Of a DNA stretch of 64,000 nucleotides, positions 41,101 to 55,161 are shown piece by piece. The position numbers and the translations under genes were made by a program. Under the pieces are notes generated by a model. That model ran no database searches. It had not been told where the DNA came from and saw nothing but the letters and a program-made list of their open reading frames with translations. Numbering within the stretch: position 1 is the stretch's first letter; every line of letters begins with the position of its first letter. Origin of the DNA: Sphagnum compactum (Eukaryota); contig OZ234494.1 in assembly GCA_965153455.1 (NCBI GenBank), forward strand, positions 3,286,001 to 3,350,000, read 5' to 3'.

Positions 41101-44100
41101 AATGGAATGGAAGAAACCAGAGGAGAAGCAAACTCGTCAGGGCTTGACTGCAACATCAACATGCAAGCCTTTCGCTAGTGAGAAGGCCTTGGCTGATCTT
41201 GTGCTTCCTTGCCTTGTCAGGAGCTCCAACGACACATGTAGTGGTTTTGCTTTTGAGCTAGTGAAGCAACTGAGCAACCTTGAGCAACAAATTAGCAGCC
41301 TATCTCGCTCTAGTGGGCGAGCTGCTACAACTGCAGCACCCGGTGGAGAAGCCATTCTTGGGCCCAAAGGCCCAGGGGGTCGTCGGGGAGGGCGAACTGG
41401 GCTAGATGTTGGTAGCCCAGTCATGGGACGACGCTCTACAGTCTCCTTATCAGAGTCCACACCAGCATCAGCAGCAGGTTTGCAAATATCAGTGTGGTTG
41501 CGTCTGCAGTTCCTCCTTCCCCTCCTGCCTGTGATCCAAACTGAGAGGTAATGCAACAATCACTTCAGGCTGCTATAATTTGCCAGGTAGTGTAATCAGT
41601 GGTCTAAAGCTGCACATCAGACTTGCACTGAGAATGTCGCCGAAAGCCGAAGACCATGGCTTTTTGAATGAATTATCATAAATAATGATTATATATTTTT
41701 AATAGTACATTTACACCTTACTTTTTTTCATTTGCAAATTATATCCATAGAAAAGCTCTGAGTATATTAGATCTCCACAGAACTGGTTTGAGCGTTTCAA
41801 CATCCTTCTGGCCTTTTTAATCTTCTTGGCAACAAGCTCCTTAGAATGGGTAGATGTTCTTCATTTTTGCTCCAAATCCTGTGTGTTATCAAGTGCACTC
41901 TGAGGATAAGCTTTCTGGTCAAAGGGCTCACAGTCAGGTAAGCTGGTAACCAAACTGCTATGATGTGGGTGTGTGAGTCTAACAGGGGATGCTGTGGCTC
42001 AATGACAGGGAACAACAATCTGGACGAAATATGCGCCAGACCCTTGCCATTGTATTATTGCGACTGCTTGGTACCCGGGTTGTTCAGGAGGCAGCTGAAC
42101 CAGTTTCCTGTGCTCAATTTTGGGAGTCCTCTGTTTCAACCAGTGACTTTGAGAGAAATGCAGAGGCTGCTGCAGCCTCTGCAGGTGAGGCTTTGTTTGA
42201 CAGGCTCCTGAGTGTTCTTCATGCTCTACTTAGCAGTACTTGGGCAGTGTGGTTGAAGCATCGTCCTTTGAGCAAGGGACCAATCAAACCCTTACGAGAC
42301 ATTCCAGCTTTTGACCGAGAGGTTGTGGAACGAATGCAGGTTGGTGCTTCTTTTCTTCATCTCCATCAGTTTGAAGTTGGTTTTGTTGCACTTATTTACC
42401 TTTGATGTGCACAGTAAGTTGTTGGTGGCATTCCTTTCACTCCTCACACCAAGTCCTCTGTTGCAAAAGAAGATAATTTCTTCTCTAATCTCATGTCTGA
42501 AGGTAAGTTCTCTACTGTGTTTCTTGCAAAGTATAGGACCAAGAATTTGCTTCATATGCTCCTAAATTTGAGAGCTTCCTTCACATGAGTTAGATATTTG
42601 AGTTGTCCACAGCTTATAAATGTCTTGAGTCCACTCATGAAGCGTTTTTTCGTTTAGTTCCAACCCCTCTAAATCTGAGTTTTCGGGTAGAGATCTCAGT
42701 CTTTGTTTCCTCTCTCTTCTATTTGTGAACTCCCTTCCATCATGGGGTGTCTTCCTCTCCAATCCTAGAAGATTTTGGTCTCCTCTCTTAGTAATCTGAA
42801 AGTATATGAGTTCTTTAGGTCTAAGTTTTCTTCAATTATAAAGAAATTGCTAAGATTTTGAGAAGTGCAGAAGATTTTGAGAAGTGATTTTAATTGTTCT
42901 AATTTCCAAATGTTTATTAATGCTCACATTGGTCAAGTTGCTTCAGTTGACCTGGACATTCTTTTGAAGGCCTAATTGGTGCTTTTCTAGAGCTGCTAGG
43001 TTTAGAAGGTTTTTTCTTTTGATGGTTTGTCTCATAAAGTCATGATTAATAAAGGCCTTAACATGGAGAGATCCCAGAGGTGTATGGAATCTTGCGTGAA
43101 TGGAAATCAAAAGTGATGTCTTAACATTTCATTTGCCAACCATGAAGAGATCCTATGGGTGCATGGAATCTGGAGTGAATGGAAAACAGAAGTCCTTTGC
43201 TTGGTGCAGTTGAAGATCAAACCTTTGTCCTCAGCCATGATAGCTCCTTGATTCCTTTCTTGTCTTGATTCTAAACATATTACATGATTTCAGTGCTATT
43301 TTGTTTATTATATACATTGACAAATGTAGTAATAACTTTTTGTTTTCTGTAGAAGCATTAAGTTGCTTCAGTTTTCACTGAGATTAATTCTCTTGAAGGA
43401 ACTTATCTGATGTGAGTTTGTTAGAGCCTGCAATTTGAGCTTGTCAAAGTTATTTTAGTGCTGCTACTAAGTTTAAAATGAAAGTGTGGCAATTGGGTTT
43501 CTTTTTTCTGTGCATCTTGGAGGTCTAGCCCTATGAAATCTAGGTATATTAATGCAGATAGTTAATGTGGAGTCCCTGGAGGAGTTGAAGTCATTAATGC
43601 TTCTTCAATGTTTCTTCTAAGTCTGACCAGAGGTTTGCTTAGCAAAGAAAGTTGGTGTTTCTGCCTTTGGAACCTTTAAATTGATCTCTTGAAAGGCTGT
43701 GGATCTTAAGTGGGCAGCTTTTCTAAGCCCATTTTTTCCTCTAGAGATCTTGCTCTCAAAGTTCTCCCTCTTTTTCCTCTCTTTTCTTCCTTGGTTCTTG
43801 TTTTCATTTTTTCCTTTTCTCACCTTTTCTTGTTAGAGTCTGCAATTTTAATTCTTTTTGTGTTCCTGTTTCTTCTTGGTTTTTAGGGTTGTCTTCTCTT
43901 TTAGGTTTTGTGGAGCTAGCCAGCATTCCATTCCTCTTGGTTGTGCATGTCTGACATTAGCCTGTACCCACCGCTGGTGAGGTCAGTGGGGATTTTGTGC
44001 AGGTGGTCATTACCCTACATGTTGCTGATTAAGGTCTCTGAACATGCACATGAATGTCACTGTCATTCAAACTGCACAGTTTTTCTTTTCGTCTTGTTTT

Positions 44101-45042
44101 CCTCTGTCCTTTAGGGTTGAGTTTCCTCTTTTTCATGCTTGTTGATTGGTTTGTGTTATGGCATCAGATTTGAAATATCCATAACCTTAGTATCAGGTTG
44201 TCTCTCAATTCTTTTCAGGTTGACTGAATTTGTAAGGATGGAGTAATTCTCAGTAGTTACACACAGATATATGCAGAACAAACTGTGATGGAAAGAAATG
44301 CACACTCTTTTCTTTCCATGCCAGGTTGTCTGGATTTGTAAGATCCAGGTTAGCAATTGTTGCTGTACATTTCTTGTGACAGCTTGTTCTTTAATAACAG
44401 GTTGAACTTGTTTGTGACTTGCTTATGTCTGTGGTTGTTTTGGCATACCTGCCCATGGCTAGTGTGCAGAGTACTCATTCATATTCATTATGGGTGAGGA
44501 AACTTGGAGGAGGGACATCCTCTGAAGAGTTGTGACCTCTTTGTGGTTTTTGCTTAGAAAGGAAATGGAAATGGTGTGGAATGATGGAGGATGTTGAAAG
44601 CAATACTCTTGTGTGGCTTCCGTTGTAGGCGGATGTGGAGCACATGCAAGTTTCAGCTGGAGTTCGAGCCCGCCTATTTGCAGCAATGCCGTTACTCCTT
44701 CCACAGCACGGGGCCATGATTTCTGCTGCATCCCCTCAAATACCCTCAGGAGCTCTTGCCCTTTTACAGGGCAGTATTTCCAACACTCTAAGTTCCTCTC
44801 AAAAGGGCAATCTTCCTCTTGAAACCAGCCTTGCAAAAGCAAAAGGGGTGTCCACAGTAGTTGCGGACCCAGAGTTGGAGGTGGATGCATGGACTGCACT
44901 AGAAGATGGGGTGGGAGCTGTTAGTGGGCCTATTGGAGGAGGTGAAGTTGGGAACTTGAAGGCAAATGCTTTGTTGAAGGGAGCTGTGCGTGTGCGACGA
45001 AGTCCTCTCACATATGTTGGTGCTGTCGATGATGACTCTTGA
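29124..45042 (+). CDS. MED12: Mediator of RNA polymerase II transcription subunit 12 (CDK8 module; CCT/CRP orthologue), 15 exons, ~2267 aa
   Basis: Phase-consistent exons: 29124-29254, 30573-30632, 30854-30959, 31279-31356, 31698-31751, 32106-32213, 32772-32918, 33399-33695, 33955-36428, 37260-37922, 38271-39246, 39738-40022, 40868-41547, 42009-42339, 44629-45042 (6804 nt). Plant MED12 signatures: MHRY..., PYKLRCERD, LGPPDFYP, RKRKAGQVYGVPLSG, Med12 domain VPLLRATWFVK, VPDTFVALDCFPLP, FHWQWVELRLLLNEQ, LKGAVRVRR..LTYVGAVDDDS. Confidence 0.97.
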
Positions 45043-46182
45043 TTCATTCCTGGGCCCTAACATGGCCTCTGTTTCTAATAAAACTAATCAAACAGCTAAC
45101 TCATTAGGATCAGCTCCCATTTGTATCATATGTATCTTGTCTTCTGGTGGATATACGCTCCATTTCAGTGTCAGTACTGGAAGTGGGACCCTGGAATGCC
45201 AGTACTACATATACTGGTTCGGGGACAAGACATCCTTTCAGCCTCAACTGCTTCTCACTGGTATGTATGTTGGACATCCTTGTTTGTGGTGCAAAAGTAT
45301 ATTCCACAGATAGCCTTTCTTCACTTGCCAGTCCTTCCTTTCTATTTGAGTACAAGAATTATTTGACCAGGCTGAAGAATGTCTGAGTGTGGCTGTATGT
45401 ATGCTCCACAGTACAATTTCATCAGCAAATTTAAAATGCTGTTGGGCAGAGAGCCAGTCTTCTTGTTTTGTATTAGTGAACTACAAATGGACGAGAATGT
45501 TTGTTTGTGCTAAACTTTGTGTCATGCATATGATTATGATGTTAGTAGTCTTCTAATTTAACAGCTTCTGTTTCACAGGAGAGGCACTTGAGAAATGGGC
45601 GTATTCAAATTGAAGAATCTAGCTGACTTTCAGCAGGGCCTTCTCATCAAAGCAAAACACAGATAAATCCTGTCTGCACTTTGCTTTTTGGTGACATTCT
45701 TAAGGGTCAGACTGGGTGTGACATTCTCAAAGCCACAACATGGAGATTCTGAGCTTTTCCAGTTTCTTTAAATTGTCTGGGTGCAAGGACTGTCTCATTA
45801 GACCCATATATTGAGATACCAGCTCTTTTTTTGTTGTGAAAATGAGTTCTACAATATGACTTCAATGAGAAGTTCCTTTTGTCCAATCAGCGGGAGTGCA
45901 CTTTAGCTGCGATTGAGCTTGTTACCAAGTGTTTTCCCACTTCATTTCTGCAGTGTGTATGTGATTGATCATGTATGACATCATACATATAGAGTGATGG
46001 CATGGCTTGAACATTTTCATACCCAGGGTGAAATTGTAGGGTGATGGCATGTGTGCATTGAAATGGTGTTTTGTGTCCATGATGAAGGTAAGGTCTCAAA
46101 TCCATTTTGGACAATTATCATTTTTAATCAAAGTGTCAATTTGGATGAGTCAATCTCAACATGTCCAACTTGAGTAATGCTT

Positions 46183-46199
46183 AGGGTTTAGGGTTTAGG
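46183..46199. repeat. Short interstitial telomere-type (TTTAGGG)n repeat; similar copies at ~3621-3648, ~18181-18197, ~52023-52040, ~55371-55391
   Basis: agggtttagggtttagg and its reverse complement aaaccctaaaccct are seen directly. Confidence 0.7.
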
Positions 46200-48143
46200 A
46201 GTGTATGGAAACCGTTGATTAGTGAAATCATACATTTGTTTTGGCAGGGAGTTCAAAGATTTTGTACAATTTATAGTCTGATTTTTCTTCTTTTAATTGT
46301 TGCCTATATGTATACATATATATATATTCCTAACACTATTTACTGGAGTTTACTAGTTACGTTATATTCCAAACTTGCTTCACACCTTATTTTAGGATCA
46401 TCATGTGTAGGTGACCTCCCAAAGCTTAAGCCAGTACATGAGCAATTCAAGAGAAGGCCCATTCAAACTCTTTCCAATGTAGTTCTCAAAGGCTTTAGGT
46501 GCGGGACATGGAAAAAGATCATGACAAATGTCTTTCCTTCTAGTCTTTATGGAGATTTGCATTTTCAAGCAAATGCTCGATTTTGTACACATGATGATTC
46601 CTCAATTCAGATCAACAAAATGATGGCAAAATCTCTCCTTTGTGTCAAAGTTTCAGGGACAGTAAAAGATTGTGGGCATCTCATCGAGGGGAGCACATGA
46701 CAAGTTTGCTGATTGTCAGTTGTGATGCTCTAGACATGACTACAAAATTCAGGACATATCAAGTAAGTGGCTATTACTTTTCCATTATGATGACCTCCTC
46801 AAGCTTCTCCATGTATAAAGCACAACATCAAAACTTCTTGTCTAGCAATTCATTTGAATTTTGACATAACTTTGCCTTTTATCTGTTTGCAGCTTTGCAC
46901 CTTGTGTGCAAGAACTAACCGTGTGTCTCTCATGTACAATTTCCCATCTTGAGGACCGATAATGGATTTGCACAAAATTTAAGCAGGTGCAATAGAGACT
47001 TGCACATTGAAGCCTGATGTGAAGTGTGCTTGCAAATGGAGACCAAGCTCGAGTGTAACCACAAGTACTGAACTTGCAAAGTTGAAGAGTTTTTCTTCAC
47101 TGTTTACAAACTGTGTTGCCTACAACCCATGCGCTGAAGGGAAAATCTCTCAAACACCGGTGAAATCTTCAAGGAATCTTTCACTGAAGGTAGATGCCAA
47201 ATGTCCATGGAATCTTCGCTTAGCTGGGTGGGGTGAAGCATCAGACAACAAATTTATCCCAACCAATCAACATAGACAATCATCCTTCATGCAATCATCA
47301 CTACAACTGTCCCATCATCATCATCTTCTTCTTCCTAATACTGCAATTGCAATCCTTCAATTGAGCTGTAGCCAACATTTGCACAGATTTCTTTAGTCAA
47401 TTGCACTGCTCCCAGGCTGCTTACATAATTAAATTGCTGCATGTCATAAAAACAAGTATGTCTCTTACTCTCTTGCAATACACCAAACATTAGAAATTGA
47501 TTCCTCAGTGATAAAGACATCAATCAATTCCTCATCAGATTCCTCAATGATAGGATATCAATCCCAAAGTGAATCAGATTTTTCCATGCTTCTTTTCTCT
47601 CACAGTTCCCAATCATTTTCCAATCAAGCAGAACACGTCTTCCAACTTTGAAACTTTTCAAATCTAGGGCCTCTTGAGTAGCAGCAGCATCAAATCTTTG
47701 CAAATCAACATGGGTTGTCCTACTATCTCTTTTGCAATCCATGGGTTTTTTCGTCCTTGTAACACTGATTAAACCCTTACTCAATTTCCTTCAATTCAGA
47801 GATCAATTCTTCAGATCACGAAACAAGTATTTATTTCTCCATCTCTACAAAAACCTTCGGGTTGTTGCTACTGTCCTACGAAATATAAATGTTTACAATT
47901 TCCTTCAGTTTTGGAGATCAATATTTCCTGATCTCCAAGAAGTTCATAAAGTGTAGGATCAGAGCATGCAACCAGATCGACATTTCAGTGTAACATTTGT
48001 GAGATAGAGGTGATCAACTGGAACTCATTTGTCTCTGTAGATCAGAAATGGTCTCAAATCTTGAACATCACAATTTCAGCTGCAACAGTACATCAAGAAT
48101 CTATCACTGCCTCGTGGTACACATCCAAGACAAAACATCCATC

Positions 48144-51100
48144 TCATGATCTCAACCTTGACATCTTGCGCTCCACCCGCTGGAACACAGTAACCAAAAC
48201 TCAAAATAAGAAAATAGTATTTTTCAACTCTGACCCCACTTTGAGTTTGCACTTTTCATTAAAGCAGCTGTAATTTGTCTTCTTAAAAACACAAAAACCA
48301 TGTCTCCTCATCACCCACTCAACAACAAGACCCATTTCATAATATCTGATTGCTGTGACTACAAAAGTCTCTCTATTTGTTAGTTTCTCTTTTTCAATCA
48401 GTAATCAAGCCAGTATATGGCTCGGTCATTTCATTGCTGGTGGTGATGAGGGGTTTAGACCCCTCAGAAAATTGTCACCTACCCATATCTTTCAATAATA
48501 CACTAAATTCATTCTCATGTAAACACATTAAATACTTGCAACATTAGTACTAATTTTTACACTAAAACATGAAAACCAAGCACTAGTTACACTTGTTGTG
48601 ATATGTGTTATTGTGAGTATGCCCATGTACAAAATTTTATAATGTCAATTAGAAAAAAATCACTTTTGTAATTGAGGTGATGCTTTGTATCGATGATGCA
48701 ATGGAAATTTGAAAAAAGAAGAAGATCAGATTTAGAGAAACAGGCTAGACAAACCTCTAACAATGCAATGTAATAGAAGTCTTCCATATGTTGCATCAGA
48801 GCACTCCCATCACGAATTGCTCGCAGCATCGCTATCTCTGTTTGCAACAATCGTTCAATGATTTGCCTTTCTCCTCTCATCTGCATATAATCATGTTCCA
48901 ACAACACAGGCAACAAAAATTTTTAAGGCTTTTTTCATCTGGAGCTAAACCACACAAGATATGTAAGCAAACCCAATTTCATACACGGAATACAAATGAG
49001 GAAGGAAGAAAGAAATACTAATGTCACCACCACCTTAGTTTTCATAGCTTTAAATGTCTACTTACAAAATTTTCAATGACAAGGTCAGGTGTAATTTCAC
49101 CAATCACATCTCCTTGATACCCATCTTCTAAGATTTCATTTTCAACCTGCATGAAGGACAAGGTTGGCACAAAGAGAATCAATCAGATCTGAGATGTCCA
49201 GATTGGTATGTTTGATGGAATAGTATTGTTCAAGAAGCACACGGATGATGAGAATGATTCCTCCGGATACTTACTACTCTAATGCAATTGTGTCCAATCT
49301 CTCTCTCACCTTCACATAGTGTTCCCAATCCTCAAACCTATATTGGTCTTAATCCTCTAACCCATATTGACACCAAGTAGCAAATTGAGACGTGTAGGAG
49401 TCCTGGCCTTGAAAACAAAGACCCAGAGAGAGAAAAAGCATGTACAATATTATTCCCTAGAGCAAGAAAAAGCACGTACAATATTATTCATTGCTCCAGC
49501 TGATAAATAAACTGGTTGTCCAATATGGCAATAGCCCATGAGTCTCGGGACAGTTGGGATTATATCACGGTGATTCACTACTCGCCAGCTATCCCTCACC
49601 CTCTGGAATTGCATCCAACACAAAAAGTCAATGTTTGTTAAATGACACTTCATATTGTGAGAAATTTGGAGGACAGAGAAAAAGACAATCCACCACAGAC
49701 AGTCAAGATCAAATTCGGTTGCCCACGGACAGCCCTGATCAAATCCCGTTGCCCTCAGACAACCAAGATCAGATCTGGTCACCCATGGCTGGCCAAGGTA
49801 CTCAATGAACTTCGTACAAAAGAAGCATCAAATCTGGAGATACAAATTAGCTATTGGCACTTGAAGTACATAACTAGCTGAAAACTCGCAAAGTGACAAG
49901 AAGAAGAAGAAATTGTCAATACCCATGATCATTTCCAATTGGCCATGGGTTTGCAGAATCTGAAGGATTCTTCTACATCTGTGGAAGAGAGATCTATCTC
50001 ACCCACACTTTGTAAAGAGTTCTTCTATTGAAAGCTACTGTTTTATCCTTGACACGGTTGCAATGTCCATTCTTGGTCAAGCACCGTGTGATCAGAACAT
50101 TGTACCACTACTAGTACCCCAATTTCCTAAGCTCAATGCTTAAGAAATGTGGTATAGTTCAGGTGATACAGAACTGGGAAGAAGAAGTCAAGAAAAATTT
50201 CACCCACCTCATTGTACATATCTGCAAATTGCTTGTTTCCAACTCGGGGTGAGCCAAAGTTGTACATAGTTATCTGTGTTTGACCACCACTCCTACCCAA
50301 TAAAAAAACAGCACCACAAAACTAAGAGCCAGAAGTGAATCACCTAGCAGACACAAAAAGACACCAGACAACAATGGATGCAGAAGAAGAATGAAAACAG
50401 CAACCACTGGTGTTGAAATTGCAGTTATGTGTCTTACTTTGCTAATTTAGAGGAAAGTTCCACAGCAAACAATGTCGCTAGTGCACCTCCCAGACTATGC
50501 CCCGTTAAGTACACATGCCAGCTTGATATCTCATTACCTGCATCATCTCTGGAATAGAAGTGAAAGGCAAAGTGCAGTTTTAATACAGGTTCCACACGTG
50601 TGATGGAACCAATATTGGAAGAAAAATTACTAAACAATTTTGATGGTCAACATTTGATGGAATTTCATGCCAGTGGGAATTATTATGACGGGTTTGAGGT
50701 AAAACATTACCTTAATGTGGCCAGGAGTGCTTCAACTAGTGTAAGTAGTCGATGCCTTACAGAATCATATGCATCTAGGAACCCACCATGCACCTGCACC
50801 ATATCTTCGAAACAAATCAACTCATAGGGAGGAGGTAAAATCCAGTGTGGAGTGGGTCTTTGATTTTTGTAATGACCGCCAGTTCTGGGTATTTGAAAAG
50901 AATCAGAATCAAAGAACCACTGGTTCCGGGTATTTCAAAACCCTCAAAGAACTGCCGGGTTTCATGAAAGAACCAGTAAATACCTGGCAGTTTTCTAGGC
51001 ACTTCTTTGACTTCGTCCAAAAAATTGAGAACAATAGTTATAAATAATAACCAGGTATTTGATGTTTTGATAACTGTGGGTATCAACTTTGATATCCAGC

Positions 51101-52135
51101 TTGATGGTGCAGTTTCTAGTACCAGCCCCACTCTGGTAAAAATCCCAGTTATGAAACCAGTTCTACTCAGGAGGAACCAGAACACTCACTAGAATGAAAA
51201 ACAACTCACCATTGCTTCTTCCTTATAATTGCCACCTCCTCGCTCCGGATCAAATCTGACCCAGCAAGGACAGAAAAACACGGGCTGGACTAATTTTATT
51301 GCCAATTGCCAACAACAGCTTAAAATAAAAAATGTGAAAGAGGTGAGCGAGTGTCTTGCAGCAATTGGCACACATTTTACATTGGGTAACAATGAAAGTG
51401 TTTGACCATCAATCGAGGAAGGGATATGCAGAAAACAAAAGGTGGGTATTTTATTTTCTCAACCCAGTTCAAAAATGTCAAATAAACTACACTTGAACTA
51501 GGTATACGAGGTCACAAATGACAGCAACAAAAAACCGATTCCATGTGTGCACACCAACCTCCTGCATCAATGTTCAAAAAAGGGGAAGATGGATGATCTA
51601 CATACCCGACAGGTATTACATTCAGATCAGTCATCAAGTCCTTCAATTTGGTCTGCAAGGAAAGAGCAGATATCATAAAATAATAGTAATAAAGCATGAT
51701 CCTATCACTGGCCTTAGTGGGGTCCCCTATAAATTTGCTGTCACTACAGATCACAAGAAAAATTGGGTCACAAATGTTTTTGGTGGAGAACAAGAGAGGT
51801 GAATATGCACACTCACGATGATGGTAAAAGGTGCAAGTGGGGAGAGATTCACCCCCAACAAGAGCAAGATGAAAGAAAAATCAGAGATAATCTATTATTA
51901 TTATACCTGTTCCGTTCCTCGAAATGCAACAACCAGTCTGTGACGCCGCATGTCACGCCATATAGCCACCTGATGAAACAAGATCATATGTGAGGAAGAG
52001 AAAATGGGAAGTACCTCATGGCTTAGGGTTTAGGGTTTAGACTTGTACCCATGTTAGATATCACTTGTAACTGTCAACTTGTGTATCTCTTGACAATACC
52101 CATTTGTTCAAGTGAGAAGATTTTCTAGTAGGATT

Positions 52136-52171
<36 letters not shown>

Positions 52172-55130
52172 AATACGAGGAGGCTCAGAGGAGTCAACAA
52201 CCTGTGTGTCAGTTCTTTTGTTTTCAACAAAGCAGATTTTTTGAAACTCGGACTTCACAAAACTCTGACCCCCAAGAGAAGTTGCTAGCATTGCCCAAGC
52301 TTCGACTGCACTCTCTGCAGTCTCAAACATTTGCCTTGTTGCCTCTCTCTCTTGAGCATCTTGATCTTCTTGGCACTCATCTTGGACCGGAGCTGTAACC
52401 TCATTATCATCATGATGTTCACAGTCCATTGCTTTTGCTGCTGCTGCAGTGTGTTGAGGCTGAGGATATAATTCTGTCTGCCGCAGCATCGACTCTTTGT
52501 TGTCACTACTGCTGCTTCTGTTGTTGCTGTCAGAAATGCTGCCAGAAAGTGATGAGGCCACCATTGCCAATGAACCCATCAACTCCTCTGTACTTCTCCA
52601 CATGTTGAACGATGCCTCTTTGAGTTCTTGTAATGCACTAGAGTTGTCCTCCTGCCCCAATAGGTACTTTGTGATGAGACTCACAGAGAGTGACAGAGGC
52701 AGAGGTATTTGGAGCTCAGGTATATGTATCTGGATATGTTTTTGTATGCACAGCAGCAGCAGCAGCAGCAGCAATCAGTGTATTCTATCTGAATGCAAAA
52801 TGAGGTACCATGGATCTGGATTAAGATTGCTCACCTTCTTAACAGCCTTTTTGGATGCAGCATTCATGTCTTGAGCTTCTTCTTCAGGTTGTGCCAACCC
52901 ACTGAGAACATACTCCTCATCAGCCTTCATCTGCAGTTCTAAACCGAGTTGTCGGGTTGCTTCCTGACCAGCATCAAATGAGGATTGATCTAAGAAGGGA
53001 ACTCCTCCTGCAGTGTCACTAGAAGTGTCCACACCCAAAAACCTCAAAGCTTGGGTAACACCTTGCATCACATTTCTCATGTAATCATTGCCCACCTCCT
53101 CCTTATCATGTGCCTCTCTCTCTCCCTGAAGCTCTTGAATCCTGTCACCAGCGGTGGTGGTGGTGGAACTACCCTCTGGCTTTGTTTGCAATAATCCAAA
53201 CCAGCCTCTTGATGGCCCAGGAGAAGATGATGTTTCCATCTTCTGAGGCAAATCCCCTTCTCCAGAGTCAAGATCACCACCAACTCCTAGTGCTCCATCA
53301 TCAAAAAGTTTTTCTTCAGAGTCTGTTACTACTGATGCAGCAGTAGTCATAGTAGTAGTAGTTTGCATTCCTTTTTGCTGAGAATCATTTCCTGGAAGCA
53401 ACTTGCTTGGTTCTGCTCCCAGAGACTTTGCTGCCTTCTTCACATCGGAACCAGCCTCCTCCTGATCCACTTCTTCCGGGACCAAAAATGGTATGGTTGA
53501 TAAAATGGAGTGAGCAAAGTCACTGGCCCTGATACCATCTGACCCAAATGCCTTAACAAAAGCCTCGTCCAACTCCTTCACTTGAAACAGATCTGTCACA
53601 AATGGCAGCTGCTGCCACCAACTCTTGTCTGCATCCAAGTCCACGAAGCTCCTAAACTGAACCTGCATACATTACCAGTCAAAAACAAAGCACTGAGACA
53701 AAACCTGAATGTGTACTACTACCCATGAACCTTCTTGGATCATGTTTCTTCCAACAAGATTTTCAAAATGCAGCACAGTGATCAAAATGCTTCAAGATCT
53801 TCTTCCAACACATGATCTAGATCTTACCAACCCACATGATCTATCTTCTCCAGAATTGTATAAACCCAAAACCACCCTCTCTCCATACAATTTACCTCGA
53901 GCTGAAGGGCACCTCCCTTGCCAATACCGCCAAGCTCCACATCCACCTGATGCTTCTTTCCTGTAGTACAAAGAGAAAATACCCTACATGACAGGCTTTT
54001 GCACCTCTACTACACAGAATGGCCATGTACTTGGGAGGAAAATTATTACTTGAAACTCATCTCCAGTAATGCAACAAGATCCAACTCAGAAAAGGCCCAC
54101 AATACTTTCTGTTCTCTGGTGGGCAAACAGGTACATGATGATCAATGAGAGGGGAAAAAAACCCCCCAAATTATAGAAAAGTAAGTCACACACCATCAGA
54201 GAAAGATTCCAGATTTACAGATGAGTTCCCCATTCGGCGATGAGCAGTAATGATATTCGCATCCCATGCAGCAACCTGCATGATGAGCTTGGATGATTTC
54301 AAACCTGGATGTGCTTCGTCCATTTCTCACACAATCTTCCCATTTGGACACATCAATTGCGCATGGTTCATCACCCACCCAAGCAAGCCCAACTGATTGT
54401 GCACTAGTCCAGAAAATGATCATGTGGAAGGTTCATAAAGTGTCCTCAAACCTGGAGAATTTGAGTAGCGGGATTCTTAACATTGAGCTTGAAGTCCTCA
54501 TTCCAGACAGGATCTCGTGTTCTGAAACATCAGGTTCCCACAGCAAAAAAGACGGCATCATCTTGTGATTGCTAAATCTCTCTTTTCAGCAAAAAGACAT
54601 GATTGAACTGCAGTTGCAGGAGCAAAGGAAAATGAAAATTCTTTCAGTGCAGGAATTCCAGCATGAAATTCAGTGCAGGAAATTCTCTCTCCCACATGGT
54701 CAAGAGAAAAAGTAGTAAAAGTGGGTTGGTTGAGTCAAGGTAAAAATCACCCCCATATGGTCTGGCTCTGAGCTTCACAATCTCCGATACGCAGGATCAC
54801 ATATGGATCACTTGTCCCCTGCGTATGACAAGCATTTTAGAGAGAAGAGAAAACTCTGGATCAAAGATGCGTGCTTGAGAGAGTGACAGAGAGCTACAGA
54901 ATTGGACAAATCATATATAGACTCTATATAGTACCCAAGGATCCAGTCCAGGAAAATGACTGCCGCCTTTGAGCTTTACAAAGAGCTGGCCATCGTAAAT
55001 CTCCCGAACAAACTGCCTGCATTTGGAAAATGGGTACCAAATATTACTAAGAAATCTAAGATTATTTTTTTCCTCTGATGTGCATCTTCTAGATTCTATC
55101 AATTTTATTATAATCACTGATCTGCTGCAT

Positions 55131-55161
<31 letters not shown>

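Noticed and set aside
42340..44628. Hidden gene or LINE in the long MED12 intron 14
   Set aside because: Only short local repeats (~43062 and ~43141) and no recognisable coding motifs.
46640..46864. CACTA transposase-like motif (RTYQVSGYYF)
   Set aside because: A single short resemblance with no TIRs or other motifs.
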